From Vicugna vicugna (Eukaryota): a stretch of 64,000 nucleotides of DNA. A program made the translations under genes and the position numbers. The stretch lies in the NCBI GenBank assembly GCA_013265495.1, contig MU058384.1, positions 2,357,690-2,421,689 on the forward strand. Direction: 5' to 3'. Positions 1 through 12,900 of this stretch are shown here, piece by piece (the first letter of the stretch is position 1; the number at the start of each line of letters is the position of its first letter). Under the pieces are notes generated by a model. It made no database searches, was not told the DNA's origin, and saw only the letters and a list, made by a program, of their open reading frames with translations.

Positions 1-684
1 GCTGTTCATGATTTACTTATAAGATCAATCATGATTTATCTCCTAATCTCCTAACTTCTATTTATTTATTTATTTTTGGGGGGGAGACCTCCAGCTGAGT
101 GAAGTGTAGGCATGCACCCCAGGCCTGGAGAGAACCATCACCTCGGGTTCACTGAACCAGTGAGAATCAGCCATGAGTCTTAGGCTGGAGCTATCAAGAG
201 ATACGAACGAACACAGAGGAGAGTGGAACTGGGAGGAAAGTTTTGCGATCACGTCTTCTGAACTCTCTGTCCCGGGACACGACACTTTCTGCTTGTCTTT
301 TAAGTTGTGTTTCTAGTATTTGCTACTGAATGCCAAGCCAACATAGCCCCCGGACCTAACTTGTCTTTCTTCTCAAGTCTTAGTTGGCTCAAAAATTTGT
401 TTGGAGCACTTTGAGAGGAGGCGTTGGTAGAATCCTGTGGGGGGCAAACAGCCAACCCCTCTCTTGTTATCCAAGGTGAAGCAGGTGGGGGTGATAAGGG
501 GGAAGAAAGCTAAGAGTGTCCTGGTAAATCCTCAGGACAAATAGAAGGGAGCAGTGTGGCGAGATGCCAGGAGCCTCTGATACATCCTGCAGCTGAGCGC
601 ATCTCTCCATAAAAATGGACCGTTCTTGGGGGTGTCGCAGTGGTGGCACTGCAGTAATGGTAGTAGTCCTACCAACGGTAGCTG

Positions 685-862
685 TTGAGAATTGCTGGGT
701 ACCAGGGGCTGTGCTCAGCATTTTACGTTCGTTATCTTGTTTAATCTTCATGACGCGTCCGAGGTATCACCATTTTATAGAGGGAAGCAAAGTTAAGAAA
801 CTTGGTCAAGGTCACACTCAGTGGCAGAGGTGGGACTTGAGCCCGGGCAGTCTGATTCTCGG
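685..862 (-). mobile_element. MIR SINE
   Basis: CCATTTTATAGAGG...GTTAAGAAACTTGGTCAAGGTCACAC..AGTGGCAGAGGTGGGACTTGAGCCC, the MIR core. Confidence 0.85.
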
Positions 863-1497
863 ACTGTGTGTCACGCTCGGTGATGTGTTTCCACCTTGCC
901 CAAGCAGCATGCACTGTGTCCTGCGTTCTTCCTGGCCTGACACTCTGCCACAGTGTTGGTCCCTGGCTCACTCTCCCACCATTCCATGAACCACTTCTCT
1001 TCACTTTGGCCTGGGAAACTCTGCCCCCTTTGAGGCCTACGGAAAATCCACTTTTCTTGATCACTTTATTTGGAAATAACATATTTCTTGGGGATTTTCC
1101 AGCATGTATTGTCTGTATTAGCAATTCTTCATCTTTTTGTGGTTGTACACGCTTTGGATGAGCTCTGTTCTACAGAAAACTGCATATATGCATGTCAGTT
1201 TACATACAGTGTCAGAGGCTCATGAGTATACTGAAAACCACTGTTTCTCTTCACATGCCGAGCATTTTCGAGTTGCTAATAGGGTATGAATGAAATGTTC
1301 CTATCACCTAAGTATCTTTTCTGTGTTTAAGATTTTTTCCTAATGCCCCTGGAAGGAAGGATGGTCTCAATCTTATTCCGAATTTATTTGTATATTATGA
1401 TGTAACTCGCACAGTTCTTCGTTTTGTAAATTGTAGAGAGTTTTTTGTTTTTTGCTTTTTTTTAATGGTAACAGTTGAAGGAGACCCCTCTGCTCTA

Positions 1498-1520
1498 TTT
1501 TTTTTTTTTTTTTTTTTTTT
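1498..1520. repeat. Poly-T tract (~23 nt)
   Basis: Read directly from the sequence. Confidence 0.95.
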
Positions 1521-2939
1521 CAAATCATCCTTTTTCCAAATAGTTTTGGAACAGGAGTTTGTCATCCAGAGTAATGGATCAGGAATTTTCTTTATGGAAT
1601 GTGAACTGAAATAAAATGGAAAGTTAGTAGATACAAAAGTTTCAGTATGGGTAACACGCCTTATCAAATCATTAGGTTTGGGCTACAGACCCATACATAT
1701 CACATTATAACAGTGCCTGTTTTATAGAGAAAGCAGGAATTCTTGGATACGTATTGCATTGAAACATGTATATAAAATTTTCAACTCTACTCTTACAAGT
1801 TTTAGTTGATTTGTGCATTTGGAGCCTGAAAATGAGCTAATTTTTTTAAAAGACCAACTGTTAAAATTCTGTTGCTGGTGTAAATTATAGCTTTTGTGTT
1901 TGGATTGTTGGTGCTCAGATGTAAAAATCTTGAGGCTCCTTTGTTGTTGAAAACTGACCTCCTTTATTCCAGAAATTGCTTGGTATGAAAAACATGTCAT
2001 TCAAAGTAGTTTTCATCATGATTTTCTGACAGACAGACATGTTAGCGCCTCTCAAACAAACTAAAGCCTCCCTCTAATATGATTGCTGCTCCTGCAAACT
2101 AAAATATGTGCTTGGACAAAGCAGCGTCTTGGTCCAGAATTCTTTCGTTGGGGCTCAGTGTTGTAGAACATTTTCCCTGCTGAGCGGCTGCTGCTCTGCC
2201 CTGTGGCTGGGCGGTGAGTGAGGCCGGCAGGGCTGAAGGTCAGCATCAGGGTTGAAGGTCAGCATCGGGGGAACTGGGGAGGCAGCGGCTCCTCACTTGG
2301 CTTGCTTGGGAAACACCACGGCATCTCCCTAGATGACTTCAAAGGACCACCGACCGTTGGAGACTAGATCGTGGGACTCTTAATTTGATTTCATAGTAGG
2401 TATGAGTTTAAAGACATTGCAAAGCATCCATTTGGTCTCTGGACTGTGTTCCCTTTGAGTAGTTGTCTTTGTGAAACAGACTTTAGCATTTAACTTCACA
2501 GACAAGAAACTCCGCTGTGTGGTCGTGACCACTGACGGTCCTCACATTTATGAGGCATTCATCACCACTTTTGTTCTGTGCAAAAGCAGTTTGGTTTTGT
2601 TTCCAAGTTTTGTACACAAAAGAAGGAATCAGAGCATCAAAATTTTAATCCTGATTGTATTCCGTCTCCCTTCCAACTCAATACAATTTTGAAATGTCCT
2701 GTGTAAGTTGAAAATCATATTGCTGCCAGATTCTTTGCCTTTTTGCTTATGGACCAGATGAAGGGTTTTTGTTTTCCGGTATGTTTCAGTGCGGATCTAG
2801 GTGAATGCATTCTTTTTCTTATGTTTGGATGATCAGATAATGGTATATTTAGAAGTAATGCTCACTGCTATGATGTCATAAATTTGTAAGAGGGAGACTG
2901 GCTGATTAAGCTCTCTGTTCACAATGTTAGCACTGTGAC

Positions 2940-3380
2940 TTACATTCAATGAATGGATGACTTTCTTGCTTGAATGCTGAGTGTCAGGCATGGTGCTAGT
3001 TTCTGAAGATACAAAATCTAATACGGTACTGTTGTTCTTAAAGAGATGGAAGAGAGAGATAAACAAAAGGAAATCATGGCTAAACAACATGGAGCATTCA
3101 CGCAGGTACACAAGGGACTATGGTGGCAGTGGAGAGTTTTTCTCCAACTCTGGGGCACCTCCTTTTTGAGAAGGTCCTATCTTAGCTGATGAAGGAAGTA
3201 GCCGAGGTGAGCAGGGGCACTGAGTCACAGAACACAGCATGATGTGTGCTGGGGGATAAAGACACTGGGGGCACAATGCTAGGCAGCTGGCGGCAAGAGA
3301 CCTACGAAATGGGTTGGGCCCTTTTCTCACGTAGGGCCTTGTATGGCACACAAAGGAGATTCGGTCCTAGCCTATAGAAC
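2940..3380 (-). mobile_element. L2 fragment (antisense)
   Basis: CATTCAATGAATG...TGAATGCTGAGTGTCAGGCATGGTGCTAG..., an antisense L2 3' end followed by a purine-rich body. Confidence 0.6.
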
Positions 3381-4509
3381 TGACCTGGAGTGATATGGGC
3401 AAAATGCTGAATAAGTAGATGTAGGTTAAATGAATGGACACTTAAAACATCCATCCTCAGGGGCATTGTGGGACTTTGTAATCATTTTGTGCTTCTGAAA
3501 TGTGATGCTGGCTGATAGTTTATCTCTATAGCAGATGGGAAGGAGACAATGGTAACAGTTCCTTCTTTGTGGGGAAGGAAGTATTTTGGCTGCAAGAAGG
3601 GAAAGAGGGGAAGGGAAGGAGGAAGAGGAAGAGGAAGAAGGTTTAGACTCTGCTCTCCAAGCTGGAGGGAGCAGAGGAGCCCGTGTAGGCTGTGACTTGT
3701 GGGAGGGGGCGGGCCTGGCCAAGAGCTTGGAGAGCGTGATCCAGACTTGCATTCATGAAGCTCTTTGCTGCTTGTGAAGCCCATTCACCCGTGTTATTAA
3801 TTTTGAGCTCACAAAATCCCTATTGAACTAGCAGAACAGTAATTCTTGCTGCATTGCAGTGGAAGTTCAGAGAAATTGAGATGTTCAAGGATATGCAATT
3901 AGAAATGGAAAGAAATGGTAAAACCCCTCAAATTTTCTGGCTCCAGGACTCATGTCCTTTCCACATAACTGCACTTTTGCCCTGCTTGGTGGCAGTTCAA
4001 GAGTCCTGGCCCATTTCCTCCCAGCATTGTAAGCAGCTTCCTTCAGAGGAGAGGCTGCTGTGTGGACAGACCCTTAACAGTGTAGAAATAAACTTTAATC
4101 AGGTGAAGACGGTGTCGGGCCTAATCTCTGGAAGCAAAATCATTTTGGTTAGATGATGCCCCACTCTGATGATAACTTGCTTTTATGGTTGTGCCTAATG
4201 TCTTAAAAATACCTTTTAAATCAAATAATAAAGTCATGGTGGGGAAACAGGCGAGCGGAGCTGGAACAAGGCTGAGAGAGCTGACACCTTTGTCCTTTTT
4301 TCTGCTCGGTGATGCCTTGCCACATATTTAGAGCTGAGAGATCTGCTCGATTTCTCGCGGCTGCAGTATTTTAATTCTGGTGAACTCTTTTGAGGTGAGA
4401 ATGTGAGTATTTATATTTTTGTTTACGTGGGAAGGTAATTAGAGGAGCACATACAAAAAATGGTGAAATCTGAGTTCGGTCAGCTGTCCCTGCTAACTGC
4501 TGTGCCAGA

Positions 4510-4645
4510 CAGCTTCCTGCCTCTGATAAGGCGCTGTTGTTATGTAAGATGTCACTGTTGGGGGAGGCTGGGTGATGAGTACACCAGTCTCTACTATTTT
4601 TGCAAATTCTTGTGAGTCTGTAATTATTTCAAGATAAAGTTTTTT
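4510..4645 (+). mobile_element. L1MC-like 3' end fragment
   Basis: GTTATGTAAGATGTCACTGTTGGGGGAGGCTGGGTGA...CTATTTTTGCAAATTCTTGTGAGTCTGTAATTATTTCAAGATAAAG, homologous to 7770-7870. Confidence 0.8.
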
Positions 4646-5499
4646 TTGTTGTTGTTTTAAAGGTAAAGAGGATGTGTCAGCAAAGTTAATATTAGGGCAA
4701 TCAGGTATTTTCCTTAGGTTGGAAGTCATTTCCCACAACTAAGTCATAGGACAAATAACATATTCATAATTTATTAGTTTACCAGATATTTATGGAGTTC
4801 TTTACTTTGTGCCAGGCATTAGGCTAGGTGTGGGATATTGGCAGTGTGCCCCTCTGCAAAGGGTTAGCTGGAAAGAGTCTCACCACCTTTGTTTCTGAAC
4901 TGTAGAGCTGGGATCCTTAAGCCAGATTTCAGGGGTAACATTTGGGTGAGGAGGTGCTTTCTGCAGAAAGTATCCTTAGTGTTCATCAATTTTTTTTAAG
5001 GTTAAGGACTCCTGTTTTGGATGATTACTTCTCTTGCATGGATTTCGAAAAGAAGCTTCAATATATAGGAAAATCCTGAACTCAGTTAGCTCTTGCTCCC
5101 TCATCTTTGAAAGACTCCAGTCCCTCCATTCCAAGTGGCCACCTTGCCCACGCACTTCTGCTATTCAGAATCTGTGTGGTCTTTTCAGTTAGTTCCAGTT
5201 AAGCTTAAAATTCACAGGGTATTTTACAGGTTCTCTCTTCTGTATGTGGTTGGTACAGGTGTGCGCTTTTTCTCTCAAAAGAAAAATTAAAATCAATCTG
5301 GGATTTATATTGACCTACATCGTCCTGCAGCTGTAGCTAGGCTTCTTGGTAGCGTTTAGTATGTATGATGTGTTTTCATTTTAAAAGGGTGAGATGTTCT
5401 TAGAGTTAGAGATTCAAAGTGAGAGAAGGGAATTTTGGACTAAAATAGGTCTGGTTATACCTGTAAGAATTTATAATGGTAACTTTTAAGTCAGCCTCC

Positions 5500-5612
5500 T
5501 GTCTTTAGATTGTGGGCCTCTTGAGGACAAGGGCCAAGGTCATTCACATTTGTTCCTTAGCACCTTGCGTAGGGTCTGGCACACAGTAGGTGTCCAGTAA
5601 TTGTTTGGTGAA
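5500..5612 (+). mobile_element. L2 3' end
   Basis: TTAGATTGTGGGCCTCTTGAGGACAAGGGCC...TCTGGCACACAGTAGGTGTCCAGTAATTGTTTG. Confidence 0.75.
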
Positions 5613-6296
5613 AGACCTTCTCACATAAGCACTAGTCCTACTGTGCAGGTGCCACCAGACTTCATAGTGCTTACCCAGGGAGGCACCGGAAATCTTCACA
5701 ATGACCTCAGAATCCTGGGGGCTAGAGCACTGAGTGATGCTTTGTTTTTAGAATGCTCAAAATCCTCAAATGGTCTCCCCTAGAGGTGGATAAAATGTTA
5801 TTCTTTTCCCAGCAAACATTTTCATTTTAAAAGCTTTAAACTGATAGTTTACCTTTCGGCCAGATGTTTAAGTAGCTAATTTTGGGACTGGAAGACATCC
5901 TTCTATAAAAGCAAACTGAGACCAGTGAATAGCAGTGTGAGCCAAATTAATTTTTGTTCATTTGGGCAATTTCTGTGTTTGGAGAGCTCTCTCTGAGGGC
6001 GCTTCACTTGCTTAACCAGGATGGTGTCCAATGTCGACTTATGAACTGTCTTCAAAGTAATTCTGCTTTAATTTGTCACAGCACAACAGTGTCTACAATG
6101 CATGCATTCTTAATACATCTGATGATGAGGATGTAATTCTAAGCCTTTATGCATACTGATGATGAAAAGAACAAAAAGCATGCCATATTCAGTTCGAGGT
6201 GGATTCTCTTTGCTATATTCCCCATGGAAAATGATAAATGCCGCAAATTTTGGAAAAAACCTGGAATTAGGTTGAGTAAACATTTAAAAATAATTC

Positions 6297-7880
6297 TGTT
6301 AACATGCAAAATCATTTGCATTTCTATGGAAACTGAAATAAAATGCAATACCTTTTTATTTGCTCTGAAGAAAATGAAATAATAAATATAAACATGTACA
6401 GGATCTGTATGCTGATAATTATAAAATGCTAATGAAAGAAATCAAAGAAGACCTCAATACCTAGAGAGACATACCATGTTCGTGGATTAGAAGATTTGCC
6501 ATATTAAAGATGCTAATTCTCCAAACTAATCTTAGGTTTAGTGAAATTCTTATCAAAATTTCAGTAATTTTTTAATAAAAATAGATGGACTTATTCTAAA
6601 GTTCATATGGAAAGTGAAAGGCCACAGAATAGCCAAAACAACTACGGAAAAGAAAATTAAATGAGAGCAATCACCCTTCCTGCTGTAAGGCCTACTATAT
6701 AGCTATAGCAATCAGGACGTTGTGATACTGAGGATGTGTAGACAATAGATCAGTAGAACAGAATTACAGAACTCAGAGATGGATTCACACAAATATGCTT
6801 AATTAATGATGCTGGAGCAACTGGACATCCGTAGGCTAAAAATGAACCTTTACCTAAACCTTGCACATTGTACAAAAATTAACTCAAAATGAATCATGGA
6901 CCTAAGTGTAAAACATAAAACTACAAAATTTCTAGGGGAAAAACATAGGAGAAAATCTTCAGGACTAGGACTAGGCAAAGATATGCACAGACATTTCACT
7001 GAGGAGGATATACAGATGGCAGATAAACATGTAAGAAGATGTCCAGCATCACTAGCCATTAGAGAAATGCAGATTAAAGTCATAATGAGATATCACTACA
7101 TACCATTCAGAATAAAATAAAAAATAATACCAAGTGCTAGTGAAGATATGAAGAAACTGGGCCATTCCTACACTACTGGTACAGAAACTGTGGAAAATAA
7201 TCTGGCACTTCTATTTGAAACTAAAATGGACTTGCTCTCCCTTAGGCATATATCCCAGAAAGATGAAAACTTTTATGTGAACGTTAATAGCAGCTTTATT
7301 TGTAAGAGCCAAAAACTTTCTAGTGTTCAGATATCTTTCATGAACAAACTGTGATACATCCTTACCATGGACTAATACGCTGTAATGAAAAGGAGTTAAC
7401 CATTGATACACAAAACAAAAGAACTTAGAAGGAAATAATACAGAGTAGGGGAAAAAAAAAGCCAGTCTCTAAAGGAAATATGCTGCATGATTCCATTTAT
7501 ATAACATTGATGAAATAGCATAATTATAGAGAAAAGATTAGTAGTTATCAGGGATTAGGGATGAGGTGGGTGTGGCCATAAAGGGGTAGCATGAGGGAGT
7601 CTTAATGGTGATGTCATGTTGATTGTGACAGTGGTTCTTTCTGCAAAGTAACGTGAAATTGCGTAGAGCTACACACATATACACAGTGAGCCCATATACA
7701 ACAGGTGAAATCTGAATAAGATGTGTGGATTGTCCCATTGCCAGTTTCCTGGATTCAGTACTGTGCTATAGTTATGTAAGATGTTGATTTGGGGAGAGAG
7801 GTGCATGGGACTTCCCTGTACATTTCTCTGTACCTTCTTGTAAATTCAGAATGATTTCAAAATAACAAGTTTTTAAAAAT
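6297..7880 (+). mobile_element. Old LINE-1 (L1MC-like): 3' ORF2 remnant and 3'UTR, internally deleted
   Basis: Typical ORF2 nucleotide motifs (ATGAAAGAAATCAAAGAAGACC, AGACATACCATGTTCGTGGATTAGAAGA). The ORF track gives HFTEEDIQMADKHVRRCPASLAIREMQIK. Ends in an L1MC-type 3' end. Confidence 0.9.
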
Positions 7881-9042
7881 AAACCTGATGCTTCACATCT
7901 TAAAAAATTTTCAACTTAATTCTTAGTTACTGTTTTTCATTATATGCAGTGTGCTGTCTCATTGTAGTCCTGGGGAGAAATGATACACTTACTGTGCTAC
8001 AGGGGTTTATAATCTAATAGGTCGTCTTGCGAAAAAGTTAAAGCATATACATTTCCTTCTTGTTAACCTTAGTTTTAGTTTTTGTCATGAAAATAAGTGA
8101 ATTCCTGAGTTTTTGTAGTTACTATTGTGTGATTTAGGAAAAACTCCTGTGGTCAGTATTAATCAGTATTTTAACTTTACCAAAGAGTCCTCTTTTAAAA
8201 AACAGTATTCCTCTCATGTGTATTTCTACATGGCAGGTGCAGTTAAGCAACAGCAACACGTGTCCGAGGATGGAACTGAACGCGTAATGAAAGGTTAAAG
8301 GGTTTCCCAACAGATTACCAAGAACGTCTGACATTTCCTTAATGACGTAGGAGTTGATTTCACTTCAGCTTGGGTATACAGAAAGCTGGAGAGAATAGAT
8401 TTTAAAAATAACAATGGATATGGTTGCTATGTTAGAATGAAAGAGTTAAAAATCAGGCCAAGGAGTGTAATCAGAAGATTCCCAGCAATCCTGCTGAGGT
8501 TTACTTTAGATCAGAGTTCCAGGATAAATGATTCAGACTTACAGTGCAACCAGACTTTACAGTCATTCCTTTCCAGTTATTCCAAATTCTACCCTGTACA
8601 TTTAATCTCTCAAAAGGTAATGAAGGCATATAATATTGGAATAGAATCCTTTTCCTTCTGTTGAATTTGATGCTTTCCTAATCATCATGAAAAAATGTTC
8701 TCAGATGGTTAACAAATGACTTAGAAACGGAGGCAGCCCTTTTCAAGTAGATGGTGTATTCTGATACACAATCATACATGCAGATGTGTCATGTTACAGA
8801 ATGAAGTGGCCTTTTTTTGTGGGATAGATTTTCTAAAGAACATTTTGAGATATTAGAGATTTGGATTATTGGAAAACAAATTTCCCGTCTCACAAACTAA
8901 AGCTTTTGATCCCTAAAATTGCCAAACATAGAAATTCTAATGAGGATATTAAGATCTATTGTCTGAATTCTCTGTTTACTAAAAACTGTAAGATGAGAAA
9001 ATCTCAAGTAAAATTCTGGATTGTTAAAAGTGCCAAAAATTA

Positions 9043-9132
9043 GGGGTGGGCTGGGTAGAGCTCAGTGGTGGAGCACTTGCTTAGCATGCACAAGGTCCTG
9101 GGCTCAATCCCCAGTACCTCCATTTTTTTTAA
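9043..9132 (+). mobile_element. tRNA-Ala-derived SINE (camelid vic-1-like)
   Basis: GGTAGAGCTCAGTGGTGGAGCACTTGCTTAGCATGCACAAGGTCCTGGGCTCAATCCCCAGTACCTCCA resembles tRNA-Ala(AGC). TSD AAAAGTGCCAAA at 9026-9037 and 9133-9144. Confidence 0.9.
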
Positions 9133-9522
9133 AAAAGTGCCAAATTTTTTTTTCCATTTAAATTTATTGTGATATAATGGGACAAATGGTCTGAGCCCAA
9201 GGAAGCATGGATTATACTTGATTTTGCTTAGCAACGTTCTCTTTTGATTAAAGAATGAAAGTTGAAGTTTTAAAAACATTTGGAAAGAGAGCCCTTAGGT
9301 TTTTCTCACTCAACCTAGAGTTTAATGACCCTTTATAGTGCTAATAAACACTTAATTTTTGCAGTTGGCATTGCTAAATCAAGTTGAAAGCAGACAGAGA
9401 GCATCAAAACACATCTGTATTGCTTCATTTTAAATTTGCTGCACTCTTTACTGGGGTATCCAGAGCTTCATATTCTGATTTTTTTTTTTCAGCACCAGTT
9501 AACAGCAAAGGCATGTAGGTGA

Positions 9523-9632
9523 TGGGGTTGGGGGTATAGCTCAGTGGCAGAGTGTATGCTTGGCAAGCACAGGGTCCTGGGTTCAATCCCCAGCCCCCCC
9601 ATTAAGAGATACATAAATAAAAATTTTAAAAA
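9523..9632 (+). mobile_element. tRNA-Ala-derived SINE (vic-1-like)
   Basis: GGGGTATAGCTCAGTGGCAGAG...GGTTCAATCCCCAG followed by an A-rich tail. TSD AAAGGCATGTAGGTGA (9507-9522) / AAAGACATATAGGTGA (9633-9648). Confidence 0.9.
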
Positions 9633-10582
9633 AAAGACATATAGGTGACATTGGAAAGTTACTTTCTAGTCCTGCAGATACTAACCTAACCCAACCTGAG
9701 ACCATGCCTTGAGATCAGATTGGATCAAACTGAACATCTGTCATTTGATAATCTCAAGGTATCTCAAGCACTCAAAGAGAAACTGGAGGTTTCTAGGGTA
9801 TCTGGGTTACACACTTGATTAGATAAGCCAATTCTAATTTCATTAGCACCATTATTTCTGCATGTATTTACAAGGGAAAAAAACTCTAAAGAATATCAAA
9901 TCTCTTTCATATAGTACAGATTACCATAGGACACCATATTGTATAACATTTGTTTTGAAAAGATATATAACAGAATTCAAAACAATTAGGTAGTGCAGAA
10001 TGTTTTCTTAGGTTATGATATGTCCCTGTGCTGGGAGGTAACAAACAAATCTGCTTCTAATTTTGTAGCTGGATAAACTTGAACAGAGAGAGAGGAGGTG
10101 ATGATCAAACAGGAGGTCTGACAGAAAGCAGGGCTCTGAGCTCTGAACTTGGACTCCTATACTTTTCACAGTCTAATGACGGAAAACATGAGAGTGACCT
10201 GAATTAAAAAGAAATGTGCAGAAGGTCATTTGCTGTAATTTCATCTTCATTATAGTGCTTAGGGTATGAGGATGCCGCCATCCTAGTAGGGACAGAGGCA
10301 GGATTCAGCACTGTGTAGAATCGTGTAGTTTCTCCAGCCCCACTACCAGGAAAAGCTGCCGTCATTTTAGTCTGTTGGGAGAAATCTGAATCTGTGAGCA
10401 CTGTAGAGAAAGGGTCCATGCTCAGGTATTTTTTTGTGGTACTTAGAAGAAAGGCAGCTGATTCTTCTAGGAATGTGGGAGACAGTTTTGCCCTAGGCTG
10501 TCTCTATTAGGAAAAATCAGCAAGATTTCGAAGAGTTGGGACAGGCAGGCAGCAGCATTGAAGTGTTAGGACATCTTTGGAT

Positions 10583-11285
10583 CAGTGGTTCTCAGTGATA
10601 AAACAAGTATTCTGTGCTGTCCTTTCCTATCTTGAAATGGGAATTTTTTAGGCATTCTTAGGTGACCCCCCTGTTTGATCATTTATACACACAATTTTAA
10701 AAAGTCAACATAACGCCCTAAAGGTAATGTAAGGAGAACTAAAATGAAAGTCATTTGTAGCTTTTCGTATTCGTTATTCAGGCAGAACAATGCTAGAGAA
10801 TGTAATGAAACACTTAGATGCTCCCGTGTTTGTGGAATGATCACGATGAGGAAGCTGGTGTCTCCAACGTGGAGGTGTTGTCAGTGACGCAATGTTCAGA
10901 AATAGTGAACAGTTCTTGATAAAAATCCAGACTAAGCAAATCAAAATGATCTTTTCAATTTTAATGACATTTGTATTTCTGGAACCTTTAGCATACATCA
11001 AAGTCGAGCACAAATATTGCATTTTTATGTAAAATAGAATTGAGTTTCTAACCTCAGATGATACGAGGAAGATTTTTTTTTTAACTGTCATAAGTCTACA
11101 ACTGCTGAAATCCGTGAGGGATGTAGGACCATGTACTGTCCCACCCATTGTAAGATGTCCAGTGTTCCCTGCCGCCTGCCCACGAAATGCCAGCGATGTG
11201 ACCCAGTCAACATGACAACCCGGAATCTCCCATGCAGTTCTAAGATGCCTGCCGGGGAGAGGTCCTGCTCCCACTGAGGACTGAC
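10583..11285. mobile_element. hAT-Charlie non-autonomous element (MER20B-like)
   Basis: Starts CAGTGGTTCTCA; the right end resembles MER20-family termini (...CTAAGATGCC...CTCCCACTGAGGACTGAC). Confidence 0.6.
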
Positions 11286-11910
11286 ATTGTTCATTTCCTG
11301 CTGCTTTTGATGATTTACCTACTTATCAGAAGCCACTCCATCACACCATCTCCTGACTTCTTCTGCTTGCATTGGGTGTAATTGTGTGGGAAGGGTTCTA
11401 ACACATCTTTTTAGGGGTTGAATCTTTTAATTCAACCCATAAGAGGTCCTCTAAGCCAGTGTCTTACTCTGTGGACTGGGAGCACAGGAAGTTGATTCGC
11501 AGAGACAAAGAATAAAACCTGGAGAGAAGTAACTTCATGGATCCCTGACATGGCATTTCCAATTTTCCCTGGAGACCAGTTGTATTCTTAATGTTGGTTT
11601 CTATGAACTGCCATTTTGGCCTTGTAATACATTCCCCTTCCCTAAGTTTGTTTCAGCTGATTGCTGTTATTTTTAGCTAAGGGATGGCAACTAATAGAGA
11701 ACCAAATTGAGACAGGCATTGTAGTATGCCACTCCACGGAAATGGATATTACCTTCTAGGTTTTGTGAAGCCATCACTGGTTAGGTGGACCAGAAAAAAG
11801 AGGCAGGGAGAACCATTAGAAGCCCACTGTAATAGAATCATGAGGTAATGGAGGGAAAGGTAGATAAAAGCAGATAGGCATTGGTCCTTTTCAGAGTATC
11901 TGTTTCTGTA

Positions 11911-12225
11911 TGTTATAGGTTGAATATCTGGGTACCCTTCTAATTTATATGTTGAAATCCTGACTCCCAATGTCATGGTTTTAGGAGATGAGGCCTTTGG
12001 GGGTGATGCGTTCATGAGGGTGGAACCCTCATAAATGGGATTAGTACCCTTTTAAGAAGAGACTTGAGAGCTTGCTTCCTCTCTGTTCTTTGCCCTGTTG
12101 AGGATTCAACAAGAAGACCACCATCTGCAAACCAGGGAGCAAGTTCTCACCAGACACTGGATCTGCCTGTTTCAGCCACCCCGTCTACGGCATTTTTGTT
12201 ATAGCAGCCTGCAATGACAAAGACA
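11911..12225 (+). mobile_element. MLT1A-type solo LTR (ERVL-MaLR)
   Basis: TG...CA ends with a perfect 5-bp TSD CTGTA on both sides; diagnostic ATGAGGGTGGAACCCTCATAAATGGGATTAG and TTGTTATAGCAGCC. Confidence 0.92.
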
Positions 12226-12289
12226 CTGTATTAACCCTTTCATTTAACTTGGGTCTGAATTAAGGGCATGGATTAAAGAGATTCAAAGA

Positions 12290-12900
12290 AAGAAGGAAAG
12301 TGAGGAATCCATGTTGACTTCAAATTTTCTGTCTTGGGTCGTGGGGGCTAATGGTTTTGTTATTAACCAACTAGAAGACCGACTACATTTGAGGAAGGGT
12401 TATAAGTTCTGATTTGGAAGTGCTAAGTTTGAGGGCCTTCAAGATAGTCAGATGAAGGTGGCCTGGAAAGCAGCTGGGCATGGTAACTGGAGTGCAGGTG
12501 CTGAAGACATCATTGTAGAGTCATTGTAATATGTTATGTTGTTTGAAGGCATGTTGACTGGAAGATATCACCAGGGAGTAGAAGAGAGAATTCCAGAAAG
12601 GGCCGTTAATGAACATCACCATTTGATGGGCAGTCAGAAAAGGAGGGCCAGCAAAGAAGACTGCGACAGAGAAGTGACCATCTGATACAGCAGTTGGCTT
12701 TAAACGGATTCAGCAAACATTTATCAAACATATGTCAACATAGCAGTTGCACACTTTGTGAAGTTGTGTTGCTGGGCATTGAGACAAGAACTGTGCATTG
12801 GAAAAACTGAGGCAACAACATAGATTGTATCTTCATGATTGCGAGAAGGGAAGAGAATGTCTGCTTGAGAAGACAAAACAGAAGGAATAGTCCTACATGA
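12290..12900 (-). mobile_element. L2 fragments (antisense)
   Basis: Purine-rich antisense L2 (AGTTCTGATTTGGAAGTGCTAAGTTTGAGG...), plus an antisense L2 tail TTCAGCAAACATTTATC at ~12709. Confidence 0.6.

Noticed and set aside
4240..4410. First-exon-like patch with two donor-like sites
   Set aside because: The ATG at 4312 hits a stop before the donors, and there is no further support.
10774..11274. 166-aa minus-strand ORF (longest in the track)
   Set aside because: Lies within a hAT MITE remnant, has a non-ATG start and no recognisable domain.
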